DNA of 64,000 bases from an uncultured Candidatus Saccharibacteria bacterium (GCA_964350165.1 CAYGJA010000003.1:4233-68232); one strand, 5' to 3'. Shown: positions 36,827 to 47,016, numbered from the stretch's first letter. A program made the numbers and translations. Notes: generated by a model not told the origin, from the letters alone.

Positions 36827-37084
36827 GTGAAATTAATGATAATTACTGTTATGGAATTTATTCAATCAATTTTGCCGTGGATTCAGATAGCTCTCGCTAT
36901 TCTCATCACCGTGACCGTGCTAATGCAACAATCAGAAGCAGGTCTTGGCGGCGCTTTCGGTGGAGACGATGCCACCAGCTCTATAAAGCGAACCCGTCGC
37001 GGTTTCGAAAAAACACTCTTCAATAGCACCATTGTGTTCGGTGTTCTTTTCGTAGCGACAGCATTGGTTGCAGCACTCTTGTAG
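36827..37084 (+). CDS. secG: Preprotein translocase subunit SecG
   Basis: ...IQIALAILITVTVLMQQSEAGLGGAFGGDDATSSIKRTRRGFEKTLFNSTIVFGVLFVATALV matches SecG (LLQ....GlGgafGg.....rrg.e..L...T...a.lF). The start may be the internal MEFIQSI at 36851. Confidence 0.7.
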   Translation: MKLMIITVMEFIQSILPWIQIALAILITVTVLMQQSEAGLGGAFGGDDATSSIKRTRRGFEKTLFNSTIVFGVLFVATALVAALL

Positions 37085-38828
37085 TTTTGTTTGCACAAAC
37101 AAAACTGCCCAAGAGTTCAACAACGTGAACACTTCTATTTCTACAAAAAAAACGCTTCTTCAGCGCATACAGAGAAAAATCAGGTCTTTTTCGCAAACAC
37201 AGCGAATAATTTTTAGCGTCGCTTTCATCGGGGCCACCATTGGTGCCGCTGGTTTGGTGCGTACCGTTTTTCTGGCAGAATCAACAGTGATACCGACGCG
37301 TGGCGGAACCGTAACCGAAGGCATGGTGGGAACTCCGCGTTTTATTAATCCCGTCTTAGCCGAAACAAGCGTAGACCTGGACATGACACAGCTGATCTAC
37401 GCAGGCCTACTGCGTCGTAACGCAAGCGGTGAACTCGTTCCCGACTTGGCCACTCAATATTCTGTTTCAGAAGACGGAAAGACTTATCTTTTTACTCTTC
37501 GAGAAGATGTTTTTTTTCATAACGGACAACCGGTCTTGGCCGAGGACGTAGTCTTTACCATTGCTCAAACCCAGGTATCAAACTACCAAAGTCCTCACCG
37601 AAAAAGCTGGCAAGGCATCAAGGCTACAGCTCTCGACAACAAAACAGTTCAGTTTGAACTCCCCCAAGCTTTTGCTGGTTTCTTATCTCAGACAACCCTT
37701 GGAATACTCCCAAGTCATCTTTGGCAAACGATACCAAAAGAACAATTTGTTTTTAGCGATCTCAACACCAATCCAATAGGCAGTGGAACCTATGAAATAA
37801 GCAAAATCCAACGAGACCGCAATCGCACCCCCGAAACCTACATCTTGAAGGCAAACAAAAAATACTGGTCTGGGGAGCCGTTTGTTCAAAAGATAAAAAC
37901 CAGGTTTTTTGACTCCGAAGCAAACTTGGTGCGAGCTTTTTCACGAGGAGACGTTGATACCATGGCTGCCATTAGCCCCAAATTATTAACCGAGGTTGAC
38001 TACGAACTGCTTGTCACCACCACCCTGCCTCGAATTTTTGGTGTTTTTTTTAATACAACCAGACAGCCACTTTTTGTAGACAAAGATCTCGTAGAAATTA
38101 TAGACCTAGCCATTGACAAACAAGCAATAATCAATAATGTACTAGGCACGTATGGGTCGCCACTGGTTGGTCCCCTACCACCAACATTGACGACCATAAC
38201 CAACAGTCGCTCCAATCGTCCCAGCCAAGAAGAACTACAATCACGACTAGAGGCATTAGGCTGGTCTCTTAACGGAACAAACAATGTACGACAAAAAGAC
38301 GGCGTAATCTTGCAATTCAGCATCGCCACCAGCGACATCCCGGAACTGGTAGACACCGCGAATGTTATCAAGCGCTCACTTGCAGATATTGGAATTTTGG
38401 TTACCATCAATGTATTCGAAATACGAAACCTCGAGCTTGACATTATTCAGCCACGCAATTTTGAATCACTCCTGTTTGGACAAGTGGTCCGACACGACAC
38501 TGATCTTTACGCGTTCTGGCACTCATCACAATCAAGCAGCGAGGGGCTCAATATTACAAATTACAATAATTCAAACGTAGACGAAGCCCTAGAGACCGCT
38601 CTGTCGACCCTAGACACCGGCCTTCGTCGCAATCTATATCGCACAGTAGAAGAAGAAATCATAGCTGACAAACCAGCCATTTTCTTATATTCACCGCGAT
38701 TAGTATACGCAACGAACAAACCAATCGGGAACTTTGATATCGGCACCGTAAACCGCCCATCAGACAGGCTCAATCAAGCCCACACTTGGTATGTAAACAC
38801 GGAACGAATCTGGAATTTTTTCAAATAA
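37068..38828 (+). CDS. ABC transporter substrate-binding protein, family 5 (peptide/nickel, DppA/OppA-like), membrane-anchored
   Basis: TM anchor IIFSVAFIGATIGAAGLV; ...LATQYSVSEDGKTYLFTLREDVFFHNGQPVLAEDVVFTI... (SBP_bac_5 signature); 586 aa. Confidence 0.7.
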   Translation: MQHSCSFVCTNKTAQEFNNVNTSISTKKTLLQRIQRKIRSFSQTQRIIFSVAFIGATIGAAGLVRTVFLAESTVIPTRGGTVTEGMVGTPRFINPVLAETSVDLDMTQLIYAGLLRRNASGELVPDLATQYSVSEDGKTYLFTLREDVFFHNGQPVLAEDVVFTIAQTQVSNYQSPHRKSWQGIKATALDNKTVQFELPQAFAGFLSQTTLGILPSHLWQTIPKEQFVFSDLNTNPIGSGTYEISKIQRDRNRTPETYILKANKKYWSGEPFVQKIKTRFFDSEANLVRAFSRGDVDTMAAISPKLLTEVDYELLVTTTLPRIFGVFFNTTRQPLFVDKDLVEIIDLAIDKQAIINNVLGTYGSPLVGPLPPTLTTITNSRSNRPSQEELQSRLEALGWSLNGTNNVRQKDGVILQFSIATSDIPELVDTANVIKRSLADIGILVTINVFEIRNLELDIIQPRNFESLLFGQVVRHDTDLYAFWHSSQSSSEGLNITNYNNSNVDEALETALSTLDTGLRRNLYRTVEEEIIADKPAIFLYSPRLVYATNKPIGNFDIGTVNRPSDRLNQAHTWYVNTERIWNFFK

Positions 38829-38854
38829 AACAACTAACCAATTAATTTAATCTT

Positions 38855-40894
38855 ATGAACACAAACCCATCACCACGGCCAAGCCGAAATAATAGCCCCA
38901 GCAACCAAACCAGAGTCTATCGCTCTGGAACAGGTTCCAGCACAAAACCCAAAACGCACTCAGGCGGAAACCGACTTACCCCAAGGCGGACAGAAACGTC
39001 GGGACAATCAAGTCACACAGGCGACAATCAGGCCCAAAGAACGGCTGGTTCAGCAAATCATCCCCGAGGAGGTCGAAATAATAAACGACCAGGTGGCTCT
39101 TCAAGTGCACCTCGCCGAAGACTGTCTTCGAACCGAAGGCCCCGAAGACAAAAAAGCACCAAGCCAACCTCATTGCGCGCGCCAGAAAACGCGAGCAGTC
39201 TTATCGCCAATATTCCTCCACTTGCCAACGGTGACATTCGTATAATTCCAATTTGTGGAGTCGAATGGATCGGCACCAACATGACCGCCGTTGAATACAA
39301 GGACGAAATTATTGTTATTGATGCCGGTTTTGGTTTTGGAAATCCGGACACTCCTGGTATCAATTACACCGTTCCTGATATTGCCTATTTGGAAGCGAAC
39401 AAACACAAAATCAAAGCTTTGGTAATTACCCATGGCCATCTTGACCACGTAGGCTCTATCCCTTTTATCATTGAAAAAATTGGAAATCCACCAATCTACA
39501 CCCGTGAATTTGGAGCAATTTTTATTAAAAAAAGAATGGAAGAATTTCCACACATAAAAGAGCTGGACATTGTCACAGTACAGGCAGACGATGGATTCTT
39601 GCCTCTTTCCGAAAACCTCAAGGTTCGCTTCTTTGGTTTGACTCATAGTATCCCCGACTCCAGCGGAGTGATCATCAAAACCCCCATTGGAAGTATCGTC
39701 AACACCGGTGACGTACGTGTCGAAAACGACAACGGCGTTGTACCTCAGGCAGAATATGATCAATATGCATTTTTCAAAGACGAAAATGTTCTTCTTTTGG
39801 CAATGGACTCAACCGGTGTTATCAAGCCAGGTTGGTCGCTTAGTGAAGAAGTAGTCAAAGATAATATCGACAAAATCATTCGTGACGCTCAGGGGCGATT
39901 GTTTATTGCAGCCTTCTCGTCTCATGTGGACCGCATGATTTCTTTTATGGAAAGTGCAAAAAAATACGGCAAATACGTAGCCATTGAAGGTCGATCCATG
40001 AAAAGCAATCTTTCTATTGTTGACCATCTGGGACTGACTAATTTTGACCACGTTATTTCAACAAAAGAAATAGATAACTACCCGCCCAACAAAATCCTAG
40101 TTCTTATGACCGGGGCTCAGGGTGAACAATATTCTGCCCTCAACCGCATGGCCAACGAAACTCACAATGATCTCAGACTAACCCCAACCGACACGGTCGT
40201 ATTGTCCGCTTCGGTTGTTCCAGGAAATGATTTTGCCGTCTCCAAACTAAAAGACAACCTATATCGCGGTAGCTATCACGTGGTTACTTATCAGGACAAC
40301 CAGGTTCACGCCTCTGGACACGGAAAAAGAGAAGAGCTTACTTGGATTCATAATCAAATTCCATACAAATTCTTTATGCCTGTTCATGGTGAACACAACA
40401 TGCTCAAAATTCATGCCACCTTGGCCAAAGAGCTCGGTACCCCTGAAGAAAACATTATTGTTCCAGACAACGGAAGTGTTATCGAAATTCGCGACAACGG
40501 TAATAGCTTTGTAAAACTCAAAGAAAAAGCACCAGCCCGAATGATTGTTGTTGATGGAAAAATGCTAGGTGAAATCCCTGATGTTGTCATGCGTGATCGA
40601 AAAATGCTAGGTGAATCTGGAATCTTTGTGGTGGTGGTAAGCGTAAACACCAGAACCGGAAAACTCAAAAAATCACCAGATCTTATTTCTCGAGGCTTTA
40701 TTTATCTTCGCGAAAACCAAGAACTGCTACATAAAGCCAGAAATCTTGTTAAGAAAACAGCCGAAAAAACAGCCAAGCCAGGTATGGTTGATTTTGACAA
40801 TGTCAAAAACCAAGTCGCCGAAGCCGTTGAACGCTTTTTGTTCCAAGAAACAGGCAAAGAACCCATTGTTATCCCCGTTGTGCTCGCAGTATAG
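38855..40894 (+). CDS. rnj: Ribonuclease J (beta-CASP metallo-beta-lactamase RNase) with a ~125-aa basic, low-complexity N-terminal extension
   Basis: ...ALVITHGHLDHVGSIPFI... (HxHxDH); ...NTGDVRVEND...; beta-CASP and C-terminal domains. N-terminus MNTNPSPRPSRNNSPSNQTRVYRSGTGSSTKPKTHSGGNRLTPRRTETSGQ...RRRLSSNRRPRRQKSTKP is disordered and Arg/Ser/Pro-rich. Confidence 0.85.
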   Translation: MNTNPSPRPSRNNSPSNQTRVYRSGTGSSTKPKTHSGGNRLTPRRTETSGQSSHTGDNQAQRTAGSANHPRGGRNNKRPGGSSSAPRRRLSSNRRPRRQKSTKPTSLRAPENASSLIANIPPLANGDIRIIPICGVEWIGTNMTAVEYKDEIIVIDAGFGFGNPDTPGINYTVPDIAYLEANKHKIKALVITHGHLDHVGSIPFIIEKIGNPPIYTREFGAIFIKKRMEEFPHIKELDIVTVQADDGFLPLSENLKVRFFGLTHSIPDSSGVIIKTPIGSIVNTGDVRVENDNGVVPQAEYDQYAFFKDENVLLLAMDSTGVIKPGWSLSEEVVKDNIDKIIRDAQGRLFIAAFSSHVDRMISFMESAKKYGKYVAIEGRSMKSNLSIVDHLGLTNFDHVISTKEIDNYPPNKILVLMTGAQGEQYSALNRMANETHNDLRLTPTDTVVLSASVVPGNDFAVSKLKDNLYRGSYHVVTYQDNQVHASGHGKREELTWIHNQIPYKFFMPVHGEHNMLKIHATLAKELGTPEENIIVPDNGSVIEIRDNGNSFVKLKEKAPARMIVVDGKMLGEIPDVVMRDRKMLGESGIFVVVVSVNTRTGKLKKSPDLISRGFIYLRENQELLHKARNLVKKTAEKTAKPGMVDFDNVKNQVAEAVERFLFQETGKEPIVIPVVLAV

Positions 40895-40908
40895 GTTATA
40901 CTAGCCTC

Positions 40909-42096
40909 ATGCAAAAAAAATCAGCAAAACGACTGCTCTGGGTCGTGTATTCAGTATTTTTTCTCTATAATCTCCACCTCTCTCTTGGTCTTTACCTCAA
41001 CTCTAGCTTCCTCAGCGAAGGCTGTGCTTGTGGCATACCAGAGAGAATGGTTGGAGTGCTCTTTGCTCTAGGTTCTCTTGGCGGAATCATTGTCACCCTC
41101 ATGGTGAGACGCCTGGCCCTGGCAGCGTCATCATCAAAAAAACTATTCTTGATAGCGGGTGCAACGTCGCTAGCAACACTGCTTGGTTTTATCTTTTCTC
41201 ATTCAGCCGCCATTGTTGCTGTCCTGTTTATCTTGTATTGGATGTCGAGCTATCTTGTTATCTTTTTGGCAGACATTTTTGTCGAGAGCTATTCTGACGA
41301 CCAAACCACTGGTGACACCCGAGGAGTGTTCCTGACAATCGCCGGCCTTGGCACCATGCTTGCCCCTCTGGCAGCCGGAAATCTTGCCGATGCACCTGGT
41401 GGTTTTTTTGTGGTTTACATTATCGGAGGAATCCTCGGCGCGCTCAGCATGCTTGTTTTTGCAATCTTTGCAAAAAAAATAAAAGAACCTCAGTACCAAA
41501 AAGTCAGTATTCTCAAAGGTGTTCGCGTCTTTCTTCAGAATAAAAATTTTCGAGGTGTGTTTGTTGCCAATTTCTTACTCCAATTCTTTTTTTCTTGGAT
41601 GATTATTTATACACCAATCTATCTCATCCAACATGTCGGTCTGTCTTGGTCTAATCTCGGTATTATTTTTACTGTTATGTTACTTCCTTTTGTTCTCATT
41701 CAAATCCCGCTAGGTAAAATAGCCGATCGCCTGTTAGGCGAAAAAGAAATCATGATCGCAGGTGTTGTTATTATCGCCCTCAGCACCACTGCGGTTGCTT
41801 TTCTTAATACACAATCAATCTGGCACTGGATTATTATCCTCATGCTAACCAGAATTGGTGCTAGCGCTCTACAGGTAGCCAGTGAATCTTATTTTTTCAA
41901 GCAAGTGAACGAATCCAATATCAATGTGATTTCGATATTTCGATTAACATCTCCAGCCGCTTTCTTAATTGGCCCACTGGTTGGAACAATTCTATTAGGC
42001 TTACCTGACTTTGCTTTCAAAAACCTCTATCTTGTCTTGGCCGTTATTGTTCTTTTGGCACTTCCTGGTATTGCACAAATACAAGACTCTCGATAA
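40909..42096 (+). CDS. MFS-family transporter
   Basis: 395 aa, ~12 TM helices, ...RIGASALQVASESYFFK... Generic MFS; substrate unknown. Confidence 0.55.
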   Translation: MQKKSAKRLLWVVYSVFFLYNLHLSLGLYLNSSFLSEGCACGIPERMVGVLFALGSLGGIIVTLMVRRLALAASSSKKLFLIAGATSLATLLGFIFSHSAAIVAVLFILYWMSSYLVIFLADIFVESYSDDQTTGDTRGVFLTIAGLGTMLAPLAAGNLADAPGGFFVVYIIGGILGALSMLVFAIFAKKIKEPQYQKVSILKGVRVFLQNKNFRGVFVANFLLQFFFSWMIIYTPIYLIQHVGLSWSNLGIIFTVMLLPFVLIQIPLGKIADRLLGEKEIMIAGVVIIALSTTAVAFLNTQSIWHWIIILMLTRIGASALQVASESYFFKQVNESNINVISIFRLTSPAAFLIGPLVGTILLGLPDFAFKNLYLVLAVIVLLALPGIAQIQDSR

Positions 42097-42108
42097 ATAA
42101 ATCCATCC

Positions 42109-43281
42109 TTAATCCAAATACTGGAGCTCTTTGGTGTCTGTCTTGGCTATCAAGAGTGGCCCAATAAGCGTAGTAATGGCGCTCAGTACAACCAGAGCGG
42201 TTACCAATTCTTGGCTCAACAATCCCCTCTCTAGGCCCAAAAACGCCACCGCCAGGGTCGTAGATAGTTGTGGAACCGAGGCCACCCCCACCAAATGAGA
42301 AGCTGATTTTGATAATTTTGCCAATCTCCCACCCAAATAACCGCTAAGGTATTTTGAAGACAGCGACGCTAGCAAAATAATAACCACCAGTAAGGCCGCC
42401 CCCTTGGCCTGGACGAGAATACTTAAATTTGTTTGAGCCCCAACGAGTACAAAAAAAATAGGAATAAAGAGGCCGTAGCTTACGGTACGCAACTGAGCAT
42501 ACAATTTGTCACTAGATATAGAATCAGACAGAATTAAACCAGCCAAAAACGCTCCCACGATTGGATGTAGCCCCAATATCTCGAACAAGATAACCACACC
42601 TATTAATACAGCAAAAACCCAACGTACTTCTTTTTGAAAAATATCTTCGACAACCTTGTCTTGGCTGTGCGAAATAAAAGTCTTGTTTACTTTTGGCACA
42701 ATCCATCGCAAAAAAACAAACGTAAGCACCACGAGTCCGTAGAGTGGCACCAGTGGGATACCCACCCCAAACCCTTGAGTCTGCATAAGCACAGACAACA
42801 ACACGAGACTCATGACGTCTTGAATTAATGTAGAAGAAACAATAAAACGCCCCAATCGATTATGGAGGATTCCCTTTGCCTCCATGGCTGGAACAACTAC
42901 TGCCACCGAAGAAGACATAAAAATTATTCCAATAAGTAGTGCGGGGACCTTGTCGAGTCCCAACAAGATGCCAACGACAAATCCCAACACAAAAGGCAAG
43001 ACACTGTTGATTACAGCTACAAGACCAATTCCAGCTAATTCTTTGCGAGCATGATTAAGCTTGGTTTCTAGGCCTGCCATAAACATCAAAAATATCAATC
43101 CTATTTCTGCAATAAAAAGCAACGTGCTATCTAAAGAGAAAAAACCAAAGCCCTCTGGGCCGAACACCATGCCTCCAATAATAAGAGCCACCACCCAGGG
43201 CAAATGTAGCCTTCTAAAAAATTCAGATGAAGCAACTGCAACAAGTAACACTATAAAAAAAGGTATAAGCGGTGTTCCCAT
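42109..43281 (-). CDS. Cation:proton antiporter (Na+/H+ exchanger, CPA1/CPA2 family)
   Basis: MGTPLIPFFIVLLVAVASSEFFRRLHLPWVVALIIGGMVFGPEGFGFF is a typical Na_H_Exchanger N-terminus; 390-aa polytopic protein. Confidence 0.65.
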   Translation of the reverse strand: MGTPLIPFFIVLLVAVASSEFFRRLHLPWVVALIIGGMVFGPEGFGFFSLDSTLLFIAEIGLIFLMFMAGLETKLNHARKELAGIGLVAVINSVLPFVLGFVVGILLGLDKVPALLIGIIFMSSSVAVVVPAMEAKGILHNRLGRFIVSSTLIQDVMSLVLLSVLMQTQGFGVGIPLVPLYGLVVLTFVFLRWIVPKVNKTFISHSQDKVVEDIFQKEVRWVFAVLIGVVILFEILGLHPIVGAFLAGLILSDSISSDKLYAQLRTVSYGLFIPIFFVLVGAQTNLSILVQAKGAALLVVIILLASLSSKYLSGYLGGRLAKLSKSASHLVGVASVPQLSTTLAVAFLGLERGLLSQELVTALVVLSAITTLIGPLLIAKTDTKELQYLD

Positions 43282-43284
43282 ATG

Positions 43285-43539
43285 TTATCTGCGTCTAATA
43301 TAGACAAGCCAAGCTAGTAAGACTGACCCCAGCTGTAACCCAGCCACCAAACCAAATCCAGAAACCACCCAGCGGCTTATCACCAGGGCCACTAGTCCTA
43401 GCAAAATAAAGAACAAGGCTCGCTTGCTAATTCGCGTGCTTCTTTTGGCATAGGCCAAATACATCTGAGACACCCACCCAAACAACATCAAGAGCCATCC
43501 CAGGGCTTCGATACTCATGAGTTCAGAAAAATCCATCAC
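43285..43539 (-). CDS. Small three-helix membrane protein (lipid-A-disaccharide-synthase N-terminal LAB_N-like, tentative)
   Basis: 84 aa: ...LGWLLMLFGWVSQMYLAYAKRSTRISKRALFFILLGLVALVISRWVVSG..., loosely matching the LAB_N pattern (W..G..gQ..F..Rf..QW..S....S..P..FW..S..G..lLL.Y). Confidence 0.3.
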   Translation of the reverse strand: MMDFSELMSIEALGWLLMLFGWVSQMYLAYAKRSTRISKRALFFILLGLVALVISRWVVSGFGLVAGLQLGSVLLAWLVYIRRR

Positions 43540-43591
43540 TTTTAGTATACAACGGCTTGTTATTATTGCTTGGCTCTCGTAGAATCAGGGC

Positions 43592-44311
43592 GTGAATAGA
43601 GAAAACTTGATCCGCATAGAAAAACATTTGGCAAATATTGGCTTGGCTTCTCGCCGTGAAGCCAAGGAGCTTATTCTGTCTGGACAAATAAAACTCAACG
43701 GCAATACTGTGCGAGAAACAGGAATAAAGATTAATCCCAGTACAGACAAAGTAGAACTAGCTGTCAGTGCTCAGAAGAAAATAGCGCAAAAGGTAACCGT
43801 AGCGGTATACAAACCACGCAATGTTATCTGTGGAGACAGCGACGGCAAACACAAAACTGTTTTTGATGTGTTTCCAAATTTCAAAAACCTCAACACAGTT
43901 GGTCGTCTAGACAAAGACAGCGAAGGTCTCTTGCTACTTTCTAACGATGGCCTCATCACCAAAGCCATTACCGATCGTACCCACCCCTCAGAAAAAGAGT
44001 ACGTAGTCACAGTACGCGAAGACGTCGTCCCTTGGATGATTAAAAAATTCGAACAAGGAATAAAAATTGAAGGCGGCTATATCACTTTACCGGCCGAGGC
44101 AGTCAAAGTAGACAAGCACACCTTTGCTATTACGCTTCGTGAAGGAAAAAAACATCAAATACGAAGAATGGCTAATGCCGTTGGCTTGACCATTTCTTCA
44201 CTCAAAAGAGTGCGTATCAATTCTATTTTTCTAGACAACCTACGGCCCGGACAATCTCGCCGGCTCACCAGTGAAGAAGTCGCTTCTTTTAAGAAAAAAG
44301 TAACGCGCTAG
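43592..44311 (+). CDS. Pseudouridine synthase, RsuA/RluB family (S4 plus catalytic domain)
   Basis: S4-like RIEKHLANIGLASRREAKELILSGQIKLNG; catalytic ...VGRLDKDSEGLLLLSNDG...HQIRRM. Confidence 0.8.
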   Translation: MNRENLIRIEKHLANIGLASRREAKELILSGQIKLNGNTVRETGIKINPSTDKVELAVSAQKKIAQKVTVAVYKPRNVICGDSDGKHKTVFDVFPNFKNLNTVGRLDKDSEGLLLLSNDGLITKAITDRTHPSEKEYVVTVREDVVPWMIKKFEQGIKIEGGYITLPAEAVKVDKHTFAITLREGKKHQIRRMANAVGLTISSLKRVRINSIFLDNLRPGQSRRLTSEEVASFKKKVTR

Positions 44312-44772
44312 CTGGCAAGACCCTTGTCGCTCTCAAAATCAACCTGATTGTCTTGATCCAAGGTAAACAAAGCCTGTGCACCGTTTACATCAACCACGTA
44401 ATCACCAGCAGGTAATCCAAGAATATCTAGGGATATGTTTTTTTGGTAAGGAGCTAGCGCCATGGTGCAAGCCTCGTCAGTGGGACGATTTGTGTTTACG
44501 GTGACTCGAAGCACATTGCCCTCGATACTTTGGTCAACTTCTCCCAAAGTAGTGCATCCATCAGGCAGATTCCCACGAATAGTAGCGATTGCCTGTAACG
44601 GAAAAGACTCCAGCATGGTTACTTCGACTTCGTCGACAACTGCCAGCCCAACGGTTACCTCTCCAGAAACCTGTCCTTCTGGCTCGTCTTTTCCTAGCCG
44701 AGTCAGCAAAAGCCCTCCAACGACAGCACCAATAATAATAATTCCCATAATCCAAAATTGTTTGTTGTTCAT
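44308..44772 (-). CDS. Hypothetical signal-anchored secreted protein
   Basis: Start likely MNNKQFWIMGIIIIGAVVGGLLLTRLG at 44772; the track ORF extends further upstream into the neighbouring gene. Confidence 0.35.
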   Translation of the reverse strand: MNNKQFWIMGIIIIGAVVGGLLLTRLGKDEPEGQVSGEVTVGLAVVDEVEVTMLESFPLQAIATIRGNLPDGCTTLGEVDQSIEGNVLRVTVNTNRPTDEACTMALAPYQKNISLDILGLPAGDYVVDVNGAQALFTLDQDNQVDFESDKGLAS

Positions 44773-44833
44773 ATCTCTATTGTTAACTCTCTTTAGCATA
44801 CTCCCCCAAGGCAGTAGATGCAATTCATTTTGC

Positions 44834-46135
44834 CTAGACAAACAAAGAATACTGCACCAGCCAAATTCCCACCGCAGCCAAAAAACCAAGCAAGGCTGGA
44901 ACAAATGCTATTTTGAAATATTCTGCAAAAGTAAGTTTTTTTACCATTCCAGCCGCAATAACTCCAGACGCAGAACCAACCAAGAATAACGATCCTCCCG
45001 TACCGACGACAATAGCCAAGAGAACCCACAGTGAACTTGCTTGTGTCTGAAGAACCTCGAGTGCAACAGCCGTCAAGGGAATGTTATCAAACAGGCCCGA
45101 AACTGCACCCAAAAATACATTTCCAAAAATAACCGCCGTCACCGATTGGGTTCCGTAAAATAAATGTGAAATCTTGTCCAGAATCCCCAATGACCCCATA
45201 GCTGACACGGCTAGCAAAATTCCAATAAAAAACTGAATCGAAGCCATGTCTGTTTTTTGAATCATGTCTTCGATAGAGGCATTGAGATGGGTACGCTCTC
45301 GAGTCAAATGCCGAAAGGCGTCAACCACAAGCCAGGTAATACCAACACCTAACAAAATCCCAATTACAGGGGGGATATTCACGACTCGAGCCACCACTGG
45401 TAACATAAAGCCAAGCGCAACACTGGCCACGACCGCCTGATCGGTTTTTGAAATTTTAGGACAGACCCGTGGAGCCGTGTCTTTTATCCCCGGAGACTCT
45501 ATTTCTATTTTTCTATACAACAGACCGCAGGATACCAAGAACAGGGCCACAGAAGGCAACAATCCCCCGACTAGCACTTCGGTAGCAGTGAATTTGTCTG
45601 CAAACCACAGCATAATAGTAGTAACATCTCCAATTGGAGAAAAAGCTCCCCCAGCATTCGAGGCAATAACCACTCCAGCTGCCACAACGAGCAGGTTTCT
45701 CCCCCAAAAAAACTTACGAGAAATCTGAATCATTACAATCACCACCGTCAAATTATTGATAACGGCTGATAGCAAAAAAGCAAGAATAGCGATAACCCAG
45801 AATTGCTTTTTTGCTCCGATTCCCTGGTTGGCCAATTTTACTTGTAAATAATCAAAAACCCGATAATGCACCAAAACCTCCACCAACACCATTGAGGCCA
45901 ACAAGAAAATAACAATGCTGAAAATCTCGGCACTACTTTCGGACAAAGTGGTGGTAACAATAGCTGGATCAGACAAGCCCACCACAATCCAAAGTAATCC
46001 ACCCATCACCAAAGCGACCGCGGCTTTGTTTACATGCGCGCGGTGCTCTAGGATAATTCCAATATAACCAAGGCCAAATATGGCACTGGCAACAATTTGA
46101 GCCAAATTCATAAAACTATGCAGAGTAGTAAACAC
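44834..46135 (-). CDS. ArsB/NhaD-superfamily ion transporter (Na+/H+ antiporter NhaD-like)
   Basis: 433-aa polytopic protein; ...IFGLGYIGIILEHRAHVNKAAVALVMGGLLW... is typical of the NhaD/ArsB permease N-terminus. Confidence 0.55.
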   Translation of the reverse strand: MFTTLHSFMNLAQIVASAIFGLGYIGIILEHRAHVNKAAVALVMGGLLWIVVGLSDPAIVTTTLSESSAEIFSIVIFLLASMVLVEVLVHYRVFDYLQVKLANQGIGAKKQFWVIAILAFLLSAVINNLTVVIVMIQISRKFFWGRNLLVVAAGVVIASNAGGAFSPIGDVTTIMLWFADKFTATEVLVGGLLPSVALFLVSCGLLYRKIEIESPGIKDTAPRVCPKISKTDQAVVASVALGFMLPVVARVVNIPPVIGILLGVGITWLVVDAFRHLTRERTHLNASIEDMIQKTDMASIQFFIGILLAVSAMGSLGILDKISHLFYGTQSVTAVIFGNVFLGAVSGLFDNIPLTAVALEVLQTQASSLWVLLAIVVGTGGSLFLVGSASGVIAAGMVKKLTFAEYFKIAFVPALLGFLAAVGIWLVQYSLFV

Positions 46136-46179
46136 CCACCAGGAAAAGATTGCAAGGGTTTACCCTGCTTAAAGGTCTT

Positions 46180-47016
46180 TTATCCAATCAGCTCTTGTGC
46201 TTCGGTCATTATTTTTTCGGCAATCTGAGGGGGTATTCCCAAAGTATTGATAAGCTCTTTTGCTCCATAGGGCAACAGATCGCGGACCAAAATCATCTTG
46301 TGTCGAGCAAACTGTTCTCGTTCGAATCGAGAAACAGAAGGCAATACGGTGATGGGGTAAAGTTTTTTATCCACAATCATTTGGGCCAGATTATCTTTTC
46401 CGGGATAATTCCAGCCAATAATCTTCATTCGGCGACAACGACCATAAGTAATGGCTTTTTCTGTGAATTTGGTATTGGTCATCACCCACATCTGATAATG
46501 GTCTTCGTCAAACTGCTTGTCTGAATTACGAGAAGCAATATCTATTAATCGCGCGTCAGCATACATTACATCATCGATATGAGTTTTACCGCCAGCTTCG
46601 TTGCGATATTTTGCCTCAATCAAACAAACCTCCGTGCCTTTTCTGGCGATTATATCTATTTCGTGGTCAACACACCTTCCCGGCATCATGACATTGGTTT
46701 CGGTTTCATAACCATGAGCCTGCATAACCGCCGACAAAAATTGTTCAAATAGAAACCCAGCCGGCCCCAGATCACTAAGCGCTCGACGCAAACTATACCG
46801 AGCGGTAATCTCGATGTCTTCTTTGATGAGATAGCCCAAAGCCTGACGAAAAATCTGAGTAGTGGTAACCTCGGGAGTTACCTTTTGGGCAATTGCCTCA
46901 CAAACATTGCGAGCCAGGTCTTTAGGGGCGCCAGACTGTTCGAGCGAGTAGCACAATTTGTCCGCCTCGAAGGGCTCTTTTTCACCGTCTTCTTTGATGA
47001 TCTGGGGCTTTGACAT
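46180..47016 (-). CDS. ATP-cone domain fused to Mrr-type (PD-(D/E)xK) restriction-endonuclease-like domain
   Basis: N-terminus IIKEDGEKEPFEADKLCYSLEQSGAPKDLARNVCEAIAQKV (ATP-cone, V.KRDG..E.Fd..Ki); middle ...FEQFLSAVMQAHGYETETNVMMPGRCVDHEIDIIARKGTEVCLIEAKYRN (Mrr_cat: D...E.K). Confidence 0.55.
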   Translation of the reverse strand: MSKPQIIKEDGEKEPFEADKLCYSLEQSGAPKDLARNVCEAIAQKVTPEVTTTQIFRQALGYLIKEDIEITARYSLRRALSDLGPAGFLFEQFLSAVMQAHGYETETNVMMPGRCVDHEIDIIARKGTEVCLIEAKYRNEAGGKTHIDDVMYADARLIDIASRNSDKQFDEDHYQMWVMTNTKFTEKAITYGRCRRMKIIGWNYPGKDNLAQMIVDKKLYPITVLPSVSRFEREQFARHKMILVRDLLPYGAKELINTLGIPPQIAEKIMTEAQELIG

